Source of the DNA: Dipteris shenzhenensis
Taxonomy: Eukaryota
Assembly: GCA_047967505.1 (NCBI GenBank)
Contig: CM106538.1
Length of the DNA: 64,000 bases
Strand: one strand, 5' to 3'
In this document: positions 27,295 through 40,304 of the stretch, piece by piece
How positions within the stretch are numbered: position 1 is the stretch's first letter
Layout: the number at the start of each line of letters is the position of its first letter
Program-made: the position numbers and the translations under genes
The notes under the pieces: generated by a model
Told to the model about the DNA's origin: nothing
Seen by the model: only the letters and a program-made list of their open reading frames with translations
Database searches by the model: none

Positions 27295-27989
27295 CTAGAA
27301 TCATGGTTAATCGCCCAACAAAGACAAAAACATGTTACCCATAACCATAGTTGTTGATAAAAATCATGTAAACCACAAACCCTTTATAAAAACTCTCTCA
27401 AAAATTAAAGTGACATACTACTCTTTCTAATTGCATACATTGAGAGGAATATCCTCCCAGTGGAACAAGCATGGAAATTGCACTCAAGCTACTAAGTATG
27501 CAAGTAACCAACTTTTGCATGAAGGGGAATACACCTGAAAAGACATACTATTCGCACGAGATAATCCATGAATTACATGTGCAAGACAAATGAGGCAGAA
27601 GCCATCAATAATTGAAATTACATGGGTATTATGAATGAATCAAACTTGAACAGTATTTGTAGCAACTGAACAGCTGCATCAGCTTTGGAAGGAAGGACAC
27701 ATTAGTGTCCTTAAACAAGTTCCAACCATACTTGCATGATAGGCTATGCAAACATTTGCAACATATGCCTATGATACAAAAACTTCATAACCGGGGAGGA
27801 GGAGATGTTGGGTTTCCTCCTCTTCAAAAATTGCTGCCACTTCTGCCAAAGTTTTTTGCAAACTTTTGTGAATCTCAATGAATAATTTCAGCTGAATTAT
27901 CATATAACCTGCAGGGACTTGCCGTGCGGAAAGAGATGAATGCAAAAGGAGAACTCAAGCATGAGAGACACAAGAGATCTTCCTAACTA

Positions 27990-30900
27990 TTGTACACTGC
28001 TTTATTTATGATGCTGGCATAAATGCCCTAACTACTGTCTATACATGAGTCCACATACAAAACTGAGCTGAAAATTTCCCATTAACTGCGGGAGCACGAG
28101 CTATACTACTGAAATAGGCTGCCCGAACCTTGAGCTTGCTGCTGTCCAAACCCGCCTGTGTGCTGCGTGTATAGGCTGCCAACAATCGCAACCTACTGAA
28201 GGCAAATTTGCTGCTGTATTTGGTCCTGTACAGGCACTGCAAGGGAGCTGGAACAAGGCTGTAAGGGCTGGAACTGAATGCCAAACAAGGACTGGAGCAG
28301 CCCCTTAAATAGGCCCAAAACTGGCCAGTCTAGGTTGACCGATTGACTGGGTCGGGTCAACCGATTGACTGGCCAGCAAAGCCTGCTGACCTTAGGTGAC
28401 CCAGCTGCCCCTTGGTTGGGCTACTGGAAGGACCTCAAAAGGTGCTGAATTCTTGCCCAAATACTCTTGCGAATCACTAATTGTGCAGCCAGATGTCATT
28501 GCCACCTGTACATCGCACTGGTGCATGTGACATTCCCCTCTACTAAACTTGTTGCTAAGGTGGATACTTTGCAATGCTTTGCCCTGGCAACCCGAACTGT
28601 TCCGCAATGGCCTACGATACGGGGGCTGGGAATGGATCCACATAGTTCGTGCCTGACTCGTCCTTTGACTAGGGCTCACAAAGGGGAAACCACATATAGC
28701 AAAATAAATTGGGTCTGAATGTGTCGCAATGCACCCTAGTGCAGGGATGCATGTGACATTCCCTCCTACTTAAATTCTAGATGGTGATAGATACTAAGGG
28801 ACTGAATGCTGCCCGAAACTTTACTCTCCTCCCAAAGAAATGGGGGATAACAGTCAGACACTGAAACCGTGATTGTATCATTGTGAATAATGCCCTGCTG
28901 CGGTCAAACTATGGCTCGATGTAGACTCCTGAGAACCGATACTGCCGCAAAGACTGAAACCCGAATAGCTGTGTCCAATCATTCCACTGCGCTCTCCTAC
29001 GAACTCTTTGATCACTGAGTGGTATGGCACTCTGATAGGCTCCTAGAAATTTGAACTGCCTCGTGAACTGTTGAGGACTGATTGGACTGTTGATACGGAG
29101 GTAGTGAACTCGGGAAGGCTAATGGCACGATACTGGCTACCAACTGCTGGCATGCACTCTCTCTACTATGGAAGAACCACCCACATAGAACTGCTGGTGA
29201 TACTCATAAAATGCTAGGGTGATGACAAAACCACTATGACTAGGCAACCAAAAGTGAACGCCTGGAAACTGCAAAATACTCAAATGCACTCCTAGAAACT
29301 GAGGTATTACTGTCAGCATGAATGTTATGAGAGAAAGCTGGAATACACCTGCCTCCTCTGCTGGAGTGATAATTGCTGAGGGAAAAACTCTACCACCCTC
29401 CTAGAATCTGGAACTGTGAATTTATGCCTCCCGAAGAACCTAAAGGACGCTAGGAGCTGCTAAAACTGTGGCTGTGTCCCAATGGGACTAAGAGATGCCT
29501 GGACTGATAAGCATTCCTCTAATGATGGACTGAAGAGGATGCTACCCGAAGGAATCCGAGCACCCCTCCACTGAATCTATTGATTGGGATGCTGCCTGAA
29601 AGGAGTGTGAGATGTCTGGAACTGCTGAGAACACCTTGAATGAAGTAGCTGCATCTTGGAAGAAATGCTCCTCAAAAGGATGAAGAACTATCTAAAACTA
29701 AGGGCATCAACCTCTCTACTGACGGGTACTGCAAATGCTGCCTTCCTAAAGAATTGAGAAAGGGGAATTGTGGAGGGAGCTACATGACTATTCTCATGAA
29801 GGGGAATTGAGGAGGGAACTACATGACTATTCTCATTGACTGTCGAGGAATCGCCAACCTCCAGACTGCTCAAAGCTACAGCTGCTACTCTAGCTACGAG
29901 GGTACCCCATCTTGCTAGGCCTAAAACTGGTCTAGAAGAGTCCTGAGACTCCCCCTCCTGTTGAGCTTCAAGGCCAGTGGGACTGAAAATTGAGTCCGCT
30001 AGTCCTGAAAACTCATGATGAGAAGGTGTGAGTCAACCCAACTAAAGCTGATGTGGCCAATGGAGCTCCAAAGGTGGAAGACCCATAGGAACTAAGTGTA
30101 GCGAATGAAGAGTCCTGATGAGTGGAAGACCCATTCGAACTCTTGCTACAACTGGGATGTCTACTTGGAAGGAATCCCCAAGAGAACTAATAGGGGAACT
30201 AGACAACCCCCTTGGGGCGTGGACCCAAGAGGCTCATCTATTGCAAGTATTGATGGGTCCGAGATGTCTCCAAGGATGCAAGACCCATCGTGAAAACTGT
30301 GTGCTCCCCTGATAAAGCTGATCCAGCTAACTGAGCTCCCTGGGTGGAAGACCAAACAAACTAGCTGGACTTGATGCAGCTACTGGACGAGTGAAAGACA
30401 CATCCAACTTAACTGCACTGACCGAATGATCCCCTTGGGTGGGAAGAGAAGAAGCTGTTGAAACTGGATGATCCCCATGGGTGGTAGACCCAAGAGACTC
30501 ATCATTTATATATGTTAACTGAGCTGAGATGACCCCAGGGATGGAAGACCCTTGAGAGCTAGCTGTGAAAATGATTGCAATAACCTCATGGGTGGAAGAC
30601 CCTGAGGAACTACTGCAGAAACTAAATGGTCCCCTGGACACAATGTCTTAAATTGCTGCAGAATAGTTCACTGAACTGTGCTCTGAGATGGAAGACTCTT
30701 GAGCTAAAAAAAGAACTGCATACGGATGAAGAACTGCCTATGGGTGCTGCGGGAGGATAGTCCACTACAATGTGCTCTGGTATATAAGACCCCTGAACGG
30801 ATAATAAACCCACACTGGTAGCTGTTGATGGGAGAGGGGCTGTAAGGCTGTGAGAAACTGTTGATGTTGTAAAATCATCTCCTCTCGGTCTCGCCCGCAT

Positions 30901-31000
30901 TGGAGCTCCCACGCTGCCAAGTAGGCACAACATCGAGCCCGATGCGCGGCCGCCTCAAGGCATTCCTATTCTGGAAATCGTCCAATGTTGTTGCATCCTC
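27990..31000 (-). mobile_element. Degenerate LTR-retroelement remnant with low-complexity Ser/Pro-rich coding relic; boundaries approximate
   Basis: Two PPT+TGTCACA junctions on minus (about 28531 and 28758); repeated GTGGAAGACCC motif at 30070-30790. Confidence 0.45.
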
Positions 31001-33027
31001 TTTGTCTTGCTGCTCTCAGAAGAGCTAGAGCTCCTCAGAAAGGAGCCGAATTTGCTCAAGGAGACGATCCTGCTCCCTAAATGCTCACATGAGATCTCCT
31101 ATGCTAGATGGGTCCATGATGAAAGACTAGTAGACCCATCAACTACTATGACACTGATTGCCAGGAAAAAAAAAGAACCTCCTTACTTGGCCGCAAGGTG
31201 TACATGGACACAGGTGAAGACAAGAGCTATCTTGATGCACGATGAATGGCGCAAGCCTATACAAAGAGCAAAAGAAATTCTAGTATGAAAATTACAATCT
31301 GCTCCAGTTTATTGGAGTACTCTTGATTTGCATTCCAACCACAATTCTTATTGGCAGAACTCTTACATGTTTCATGAAAATTTTTGTACAGCGTGCCTCC
31401 ATTAAAAAATGGCATGGACACCAATTGTGGAAGACTTATTGACACAACAACTACTCGTATTAGCATATTGTGCTTCACCTGCATGGATGACTCCTTCATA
31501 AAGCTTATTAACTTTGCCTTTGCGGTGTCTTTAAAGGTTTTAGTGACAAAGTCCCTAGTTGAATCTAAGTTAACAACCCCATATATCCTAGCCTAAAATG
31601 TTTCACCCTCCGAACAAGCACCGAGTTTCTTGTCCATAAATGCTTTGTACGCATCTTGTTGCAACCAAGCAATGTAGCTCCTTGTTGAGAATCTCAAACC
31701 AAAAACTTTGGCCTCTAAAATGAACTTTGCATTGCTCAGTGTCCTTGTTTTGATTTTTGAAGATTGTGCAACATCCTTTGTGTTAATCTTCTTCTTGGAT
31801 TTCACTCTCTCCACATCCCATCACAAAGTAGTTGCTTCTCACTTGGAAGCTTGACCTCATCACTATGATGTTTCATGTTTCCTATGATTGTGGTGGTGAT
31901 CCGCTAGTGTAACTCAATTGACTTAACTTCATCAGTTACACTTGTAAGTTGATAATTGAGAACGTATAGCTAGCATATACTTCCTTTTGCTTAACCTTTG
32001 CACAATGTTTTCTTTCAACACCTCTAGTAAACTGTTGTCAAGTCTAAGCCTCTAGATCATTGTATAATCCATGTGTAAAATAGCTAAGACAAGCACATGA
32101 CCGGATATTTTCTTCCACTCCCTTACAGCATCTTTAGTTCCCATACCTCTACACACATTACGCAATGCATCTGGATTCTGAAAAACTAAGAAAAAGCTAA
32201 ATAAAGATTCGGAAAAGATCATTCAACACAAAAATGTACATGCAAATGGATGCTAATACTGGAACCCTATCACAGATACAAGATAGTGCTACAAAACCTC
32301 AGCTTTTGCTTACGCACATGAAGCACGAGCTCATTTTAAACATTTACAAAGGAGGGCACCTCCCAACTTTCATACATGTCACTAATATCTATTGACTTTA
32401 CAACTCTAAGGTGACGTACAAATGCCGCCAATTCCATGTACTTCTTACTTGTACTCTGTACTTCTTACTTGTAAGAGTACCCCATTGTAACAAGTCACAC
32501 TTAAAAGTACATTATCTCATAAAGGACAACACAACGAGCTCACGCGAGCACTCCCCTCCAAATGGCATCATTAACTGCACATGGACTATACTTTCAACGT
32601 TTGCCTATGCAACATTCATATACCCTACAATTCCCCCCGGGAAAAAAAAAAAAAAAAAGCCCAGCGAGTATTTTAAAGTGCAAAGAACGTTTTTTCAAGG
32701 TGGCATAATTTTCTAAGCTAGCACATGAAATTGTAATGAGAGGTGCAACTTAACAAAGAAACATGTTGTAAGTCACCCACAACCATGAATCATAAACAAT
32801 GAGAAAGCAATCACTACATTTGAAACTGTATGTATGTATGTGGGTATTCTCTGCACTACAAGCAATTCCTTATGCTTATTGAAGATCCTTAAGGGATCTA
32901 ATACTCAGGTTCAGATGTGTATAGGACCCATAGTCACAAGAAACATTCTGTCTATAGCGTGGTTTTGTCGTATCGATATGTTCTTGTTACGCTCTATCCG
33001 AGGTCATGCTACCTCGGCTAGAGCGTT

Positions 33028-33039
33028 TGGTATCAGAGC
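33028..33039 (+). promoter_or_regulatory. Primer binding site, tRNA-iMet
   Basis: TGGTATCAGAGC. Confidence 0.9.
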
Positions 33040-33540
33040 GACAGGAAGAGAAACTTAGTTGAATCTGCCCCAACTTGAGGTATTCTTCCAATTGTCTACG
33101 CACCTCCGCCTCTTCAGTAAAACTCATTCTATAGGGAGGTCTATTTACAGGTTTTGCCCCTGGGATCAGCTCAATCTTATGCTGAACATTCCGCTCTGGA
33201 GATAACCCATAAGGTAACTCATCCCTAAAACATTCAGAGAACTCCTCTGCTATTAGATTAGCCAGCTTGGCCATCTCACCACTTTGAACAACATCAGTGC
33301 TAGCCGAAGAATCATCAACCGGCTCTACCGATGCCATACAAAGGAATAAAAACTCTTCTTGAGCTTTTCGGATTTCCATCACGGAAACCAACGGTCCCTG
33401 AGGTCCATCTTTCTCACCTCGTAAGACATACAGTACATCATTCATCTTGAATTGATATACGTGCTTTTTTCAATCAATGGTTGGATTCTTCCTAGAATGC
33501 CACGCCATACCCAGGGCTATATCTGCATGAGCAAGCTTAG

Positions 33541-34446
33541 TCATTTCAAAATCAAGCTTCTCAGCATAGTCCTGAATACGAAGCTCCAACTGGGTAACCC
33601 TTTGGTCCCATACTGGGTTCCGACCTGTGCAAACCCACTTGGCCTGCTACCCTTGGCATCTTCATAGTTCAGGGCTATGGCTATTGCATCATCCAACGTG
33701 TTCGCATACTTAGCCCGAACTTCCATTTTAATCCGATCATTCAATCCAAATATGAAATCTTTCACTTGGATTGATTGAGGTAGGGGTTCATCAGCCTTCA
33801 TTACGCTCTCTCGAAACTTATCAGTGTATTCTGCCACTGACAAATTTCTCTGACGAAGGTTTCTATACTGATCCCAAGCTCGGGATGCTTCGTCAGGAGA
33901 TAAGAAGTGTTTTCTGAATTCCCTTTTAAACCCCTCCCAGGTAGTGGACGCAATACCATCCTTTTGTTGTTTAATCCACCACCGATCCGCTGCCTCACTA
34001 AACATGTGGGTGGCCTCGCGGATCTTCTTAATATCATTTCTGATTTCACAAATGGCGAACGCCTTGTCCCATTTGTGTAACCAGGTCTCAATGACATCAG
34101 AACTACGGTCATTCATCCGACCAGAATACTTTTTCGGCCTATAATTGGCAATATTAGGTACTTTAGCCTTTCTAGGCTCGACCGTATGGACACTAGACTC
34201 CGGTTCCATCAGAGCCTTTCCTTTCTCATCTCGAGAAGGTCTGGCAGACATACTGTGTATCACTCTTCTAAGTTCAGACTGCCATGCATTTGCCTGTAAC
34301 TGTTGCGCTAATAACTGCTGCAAGGCATCCTCAAGTAATGCTATCCTGTCAGATAAGGTGTGAACTACTGGGCGCGACACCTGCTGGGTCGGCCGGACTC
34401 CTGACTCACCAGGGTCCCTCCTAGAAGCTCCTTCTTCTGCTTCCAT
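33541..34446 (-). CDS. gag: Retrotransposon Gag, inverted relative to its PBS and pol, C-terminally deleted
   Basis: 301-aa ORF with AADRWW, TWEGFKREF, LRQRNLSVAEYTDKF and FIFGL; no CCHC knuckle. Confidence 0.9.
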   Translation of the reverse strand: MEAEEGASRRDPGESGVRPTQQVSRPVVHTLSDRIALLEDALQQLLAQQLQANAWQSELRRVIHSMSARPSRDEKGKALMEPESSVHTVEPRKAKVPNIANYRPKKYSGRMNDRSSDVIETWLHKWDKAFAICEIRNDIKKIREATHMFSEAADRWWIKQQKDGIASTTWEGFKREFRKHFLSPDEASRAWDQYRNLRQRNLSVAEYTDKFRESVMKADEPLPQSIQVKDFIFGLNDRIKMEVRAKYANTLDDAIAIALNYEDAKGSRPSGFAQVGTQYGTKGLPSWSFVFRTMLRSLILK

Positions 34447-35307
34447 TCAGGTCAATGAGTGTTTTGCTTTCTTTTTTTTTTTTTTTAAACACCGCTAGAA
34501 CACTGTATTTACAAACTGACACAATTTCCTATACTGTTTCGAGAGAGCGTAATGAAGGTTGATGAACCCCTACCTCAATCAATCCAAGTGAAAGATTTTG
34601 GATTGAATGGCAAAAGGTGAGAAACTTGGTTGAATCTGCCCCAACTTGAGGTATTCTTCCAGTTGTCTACGCACCTCTACCTCTTCAGTAAAACTCATTC
34701 TATACTATATAGGGAGGTCTATTTACAGGTTTTGCCCCCGGGATCAGTTCAATCTTATGCTGAACATTCCACTCTGGAGGTAATCCATAAGGTAACTCAT
34801 CCCTAAAACATTCAGAGAACTCCTCTGCTATTAGATTAGCCAACTTGGCCATCTCACCACTTTGAACAACATCAGTGCTAGCCGAAGAATCATCAACCGG
34901 CTCTACCGATGCCGTACAAAGGAATAAAAACTCTTCTTGAGCTTTTCGGATTTCCATCACGGAAACCAACGGTCCCTGAGGTCCATCTTTCTCACCTCGT
35001 AAGACATACAGCACATCATTCATCTTGAATTGATATACGTGCTTTTTCCAATCAATGGCTGGATTCTTCCTAGAATGCCACGCCATACCCAGGGCTATAT
35101 CTGCATGAGCAAGCTTAGTCATTTCAAAATCAAGCTTCTCAGCATAGTCCTGAATACGAAGCTCCAACTGGGTAACCCTTTGGTCCCATACTGGGTTCCG
35201 ACCTATGCAAACCCACTTGGCCTGCTGCCCTTGGCATCTTCATAGTTCAGGGCTATGGCTATTGCATCATCCAACGTGTTCGTATACTTAGCGTGAACGT
35301 CCATTTT

Positions 35308-37890
35308 GCCTCTGTATAGATTATAGAGCATTGAATAATATCACTGTTAAGTACAGGTATCCGATGGCTTGGATTGATGATTTGCTAGATGCATTACATG
35401 GAGCCGTGATTTTCAACAAGATAGATCTTAAGTGTGGCTACCATCAGATCCAGATTAGAGCCGAGGATGTGCATAAAACCGCTTTCAGAAGCAAATTTCG
35501 TCATTATGAGTTTTTGGTAATGCCCTTCGGACTTACCAATGCTCCAACTACATTCGTCATGCTTATGAACGATTTACTACGTCCGTATATCGGAAAGTTT
35601 GTAGTACATTTTATTGACGATATTTTAGTGTTCAGTAAAAGTATTACTGAGCATCGTGAACACTTAAGAATAGTGTTCAGTACTTTGAGGAAAGCCAGTC
35701 TTTATGTAAATAAAAGGAAAACTATATTGTGTATCGTTAGACTTGAATATTTGGGATTCATAATTACTCCAGAGGGGGTAGAAATGGAACCAAAGAAAGT
35801 GGTTGCGATACTGACTTGGCCAATCCCTCAGAGTGTGACCACTTTGCGACATTCTTGGGATTTGTCCAATTTTATAGAAGGCATATCAAAGGATATTCCA
35901 AAATAGTATTGCCATTGACTGATCTGACCTTAGATAAAGTACCTTTTATATGGGGACAGAATCAACAAGAAAGTTTTAACACCATAAAACAAGTTGTGGT
36001 CACAGGACCGGTGTTAAAAATAGTTGATCCCCAGAAACCGTTAGTCCTGAAAACCCATGCAAGTGGCATTGCGGTAGGAGCAGTTCTCCTTCAAGAGGAA
36101 AGGCCAGTAGCCTTTGAAAGCAAGCAGTTTTCTCCCTCCCAAAGGAATTGGCCAACTCATGAATTGGAGTTGTATGCTGTTATCCATGCTTTGAAAACAT
36201 GGAGGCATTATTTGTATGGTTCTGAGTTTTATGTGGATGTGGATCATGATATAACATTTTTGTAAACAGCCTGACTTGAGGGGCCGCCAAGCTAGGTGAG
36301 CAGAGCTCATGCAGGAGTTTAATTTGACGATTCGGTACCGAAGAGGGAAGGATAATAAGGTTGCTCATGCGTTGTCTCGCATTATGCACAATATGAGTTT
36401 TACGGTATTAGAGAGTGGTCTAATGACCGAGATTAGAGAAACTCAAAAGGTGGACGAGTTTGTCTAGAGCTTATGGCCTAAAGCTCATGTGTTTAGACCA
36501 GGGGAAGAAAAGCATGACCTGGCATCCAGAAAAGACCAAACTTATGCAAGATATAACATAAGGGATGGTATGCTGAAAAGAAATGGCAAGGTAGTAGTAC
36601 CTAGTCAGAATGACCTCAGGCAGAGAGTCATTCAATAGTGCCATGATAGCCCATATGCGGGACATCCAAGAGTCGAGAAGACATATGATCTCGTGAAGCG
36701 AGATTTCTTTTGGCCAAAGATGAAAAAGCATATTCATGAATATGTGACACGGTGTTTTTCGTGTCAGGTAAGCAAGGCCGAGCGGGTGAAGCCACCCGGA
36801 CTTTTACAGCCCTTGGAGATACCACTACGTAAGTGGGAAAAAATTTCCATGGACTTTATTGTAGGGCTGCCTACGACACAAGGTGGATATGATTCTATCC
36901 TTGTGGTGGTTGATCGTCTAACCAAGATGGCTCACTTCATTCCGACTAGAGAGTCTGTTAGTGCCCCGCAAGTGGCGGATTTGTTTATTAGACATATATT
37001 TCGTCTGCATGGATTGCCTAGATCCATAGTGTCAGACAGAGATGTCAGATTTACCGGTCATTTTTGGACAGCATTATTTGAGACGCTAAGGACTGAGTTA
37101 GGAATGAGTAGTGGGGATCATCCTGAAACGGATGGTCAGACGGAGAGAGTCAACCAAATTTTAGAGGATATGCTGAGGGCATATGTGTCATTGAGGCAAC
37201 ATACGTGGGACAAGTGGTTGCCATTGTTAGAGTTTGCCTACAATAATAGAAAACATTCCTCTACGAAGTTTAGTCCGTTTTGAATTGAATTATGGTTATA
37301 GACCAGCAAATCCAACTACAGTTGGAATACCTCAGAGAGTGCCTAGTGCCGTGAACTTTGTGGTTCAGATGCGGGAGATGCTAGCACTTGCGAGAGCTAA
37401 TATCCGCCAGGCTATGGATAGAGCCAAGGCGTATGCGGATGAAAACCGGTCTATAAGAGAATTTAAGGAAGGAGAAAAAGTTTTTCTCAGAGTTCCTTCG
37501 CACTCGAAGTCGTTAACTTCAGGAGAGTGTGCTAAGTTATCACCTCGATATTGTGGGCCGTGGTTAATTCTAAAGAGAATAGGGAAGGTAGCCTATAAAT
37601 TAGAATTGCCACAGGGGTGTAAGGTGCATCCAGTGTTTCATGTTTCGCACTTAAAGAAATTTTTACATACAGATGACTCACTAATCAAAGGTGTGGTTTT
37701 GTTTCAGGAGATAGAGGATAATGCAAGGCGCAAACCAACAAGAATCCTCGACTGAGAAACAATGCAAATACGAAATCGGAAGATACCCACGGTGTTGGTT
37801 GCATAGCATGGTCTGCCTCTATCAAAAGCTACCTGAGAATCCGTATACCAGTTGCGGAGAGTGTTCCCGGACTTTATCATCGAGGACGCT
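35308..37890 (+). pseudogene. pol: Gypsy pol (RT-RNase H-integrase-chromodomain), with frameshifts and stops
   Basis: LCIDYRALN, MPFGLTNAP and FIDD; RPVAFES...ELELYAV; ISMDFI, SDRD and QTERVN; YCGPW GPY/F motif; degenerate chromodomain after PTRILD. Confidence 0.93.
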
Positions 37891-38759
37891 GATGTCTTAA
37901 GAGGGAAGGAATGTTACGCTCTAGCCGAGGTAGCATGACCTCAGAAGAATCAGTCGACATTTCCCTTAAAGGATCTCTGTTTGTAATATATCTGTTTGCG
38001 CTTCATGTAAATGATCGGGAGAGAATTAATGTCAAGGTCCTAGGTGAGGGCTGATAGCACCAGACTAGGTGGATCTAAGGCTAAGGGCCTAGTGCAAGAA
38101 ATGTGCCTAGGGGCAATTGGAATTAAAGTATCCCAAGAGAGGGGTGAAAAGATGCATTACCTTCACGTATGATTTTGGATTTTGACTCTCTGTGAGCTCT
38201 TACTCTTAACAGGATTTGGCTGGGAGGTTACTCTATGGTGCTACTCCCGTGATCTGCTGTAGTTAGTTGAAGAGATTGTAATAGTTCCGTTTCGTTTTTC
38301 ATCTCTTCGAACGAAACGAAAAGATTTTGAACTGATACTTAATAGTCAACAAAGAGAAATAAAAGCCAAGGCTCCTAAAAAGGAAATTCAAAACACAAAC
38401 ACATTCTTCAAATTTATATACAAGGATAGGGGCAAATAAGCTATGTTATATTCAAGTTTTGAGTGAATAAAGAGAAATATAAGTCGACACCTAAAAAGAA
38501 AATTCAAAACACAAACACATTCTTCAAATTTATTTAAATTCAAGCTTTTGTTCTCCTTTCTCAAGTTTCAACTTTCGACCCAAAACTTAAAAGCATATGG
38601 ATTCTAGAAAAATGGGGCAAAAATGTGTATTTTGATTTGGGCAAAACAGAGGTTTCGTTGGGAGTGTTTTGTCATGTTTCAAAAAATTTCGTTTGGTTCC
38701 TCGTTTCGAGGTTTCAACGGGACGAATCGGGTCTTCATGTAGCCATCTCTCGTACAAGC

Positions 38760-39309
38760 CTCGGCTTCACCATCTTCCTGAGGCCTATTGGTCCGTGTCA
38801 TCTAGCTGGAAAAACTCATTGATCATGCTTTGATGTTGTGCACCCGATCTCTGTGCTCGACGCCCTCATGAATAGAAGTCACCCAAAGCATCTCTGATCT
38901 AGGTAAGGCAAGAAATGGGAGAGGGGTCCATGCCCATCCTTAAAGAGACAATGGTAATAAATGGTAATGGCCTCAAATCTTGTAGTATATGGGGCATTTG
39001 AGAGCGAAGTGCTCATCTGACTCAATCTCCTACTTATCACATAAAGTACAGATGTGACCCTCTCTAGGTATGCCCTCAACCCGCCCACTCTCAATGCATA
39101 GTCTGTTCGATGAGACACGGAATTGCTGATCGATATCCTCAGGTAATAGGGAAGGTGATCCGTGTATAGCCTGGTGGGTCGATGAAGCCCTCCTTGAAAT
39201 TCGTAAGAAATGGTCTCTATCAAAGTTGAGCTTTCACAAGAATCTCACCAAGTGCCAACTAGGTCCTAAATGTGTTACACCCGTTCATAGAAGATGAACA
39301 GTAACAGTG
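38760..39309 (-). mobile_element. 3' fragment of an RTE/RTEX-like LINE (same family as 61363-64000)
   Basis: YHCLFKDGHGPLSHFLPYLDQRC aligns by eye with YCLFRDNFGILSRFLSFPDQRC in ORF 61731-62255. Confidence 0.65.
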
Positions 39310-39314
39310 CCACT

Positions 39315-40304
39315 TTTAACCGGAAATGTAATCGAGACCAGAGGCTATAGACTAAGTATGGCGACGCTCAAAGGCCATAGAGAAGAGGAGAGCATGAGGG
39401 CGAAGGGATGACATAGGGGTGAAAAAGGAATTAGAAGGGGAGGGAAGGAAAAGGGAGACTATGACACAAGGGGAAAGGGAGAGGGGGAAGAGAAGCATGA
39501 ACATGATAGGAGGAGGAATGTTGAGATGTAGACATCAAGGGAAGTGATCCATACTTTATTGGAAAGAAGGGATGAGAGGGAAATATCAAAATACTAGCTA
39601 GGTGGCTTTACAAGAATGAGCGTGTCTCATCAAGGAATAGCCCCTTCCTTTTATAGCCAAAAGAGGGGGTCTCTCCACATTAATGTCTCCTCCCACATGC
39701 ATGGTGTGTGTGGAAAAGTCTCCCATGTGGGCTAGGTGGGTACGCACTCTCAATTGTGTGCGACAACCCTTTGCCTCAATTTTCCACATAAATCAAGCTC
39801 CATATCTCAAGTCTATGATACTCCCTTGGTCTCTTTCCAATTTTATAATAGGTTCAAACCTCTAGGAGGACAAGTGGAGGGTTGGCACAAGGAATCTTGC
39901 CACCTCATCCTACTTTCCCCATTATTTAACTAGCTCTCTTTGTCCTTCTATACCTCCCCCACATGGGCCTATCCCATATGGAGGGAATAACTCAATATAA
40001 TAGCCATCTCCACCCATTTTATATTGCTTCTCCCATGGACTTTGAGCCATATCTCACTTAATGCATCCTAGGTGGAGGGGTGGCACATGGAGGAGCCATG
40101 CCACCTTGCATTTTATAATATTACTATCATGGATTATGTACAACACACCTTATGGGTCCTCTTACATGGAAGGGTGGCACATGGTCATGCCTTGCCACCT
40201 CAACCTTGGGCCCTATGCACACCATATTTGATTATACTATTGCCACATATACAAACACACATACATATTAATGCCTTTTTCCTTAGACAATTTTATCCAT
40301 AACA
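39315..40304 (-). repeat. 3' LTR (990 bp)
   Basis: Direct repeat of 47301-48290 with about 4 substitutions by eye; preceded on minus by the PPT GGGGGGGGGAAC. Confidence 0.95.

Larger units (their letters stand above)
32820..38280 (+). mobile_element. Rearranged Ty3/Gypsy chromovirus-type LTR retrotransposon; outer limits approximate
   Basis: tRNA-Met PBS at 33028, pol on plus, PPT AAGAGGGAAGGAA then TGTTAC at 37912; gag-protease blocks are inverted. Confidence 0.85.

Noticed and set aside
30900-30920. tRNA-Leu-like PBS (TGGCAGCGTGGGAG on minus)
   Set aside because: The match is partial and no adjacent LTR end could be identified
31257-32190. Minus-strand gene or transposase relic after an AG acceptor near 32180
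   Set aside because: Too many stops and no motif I can name
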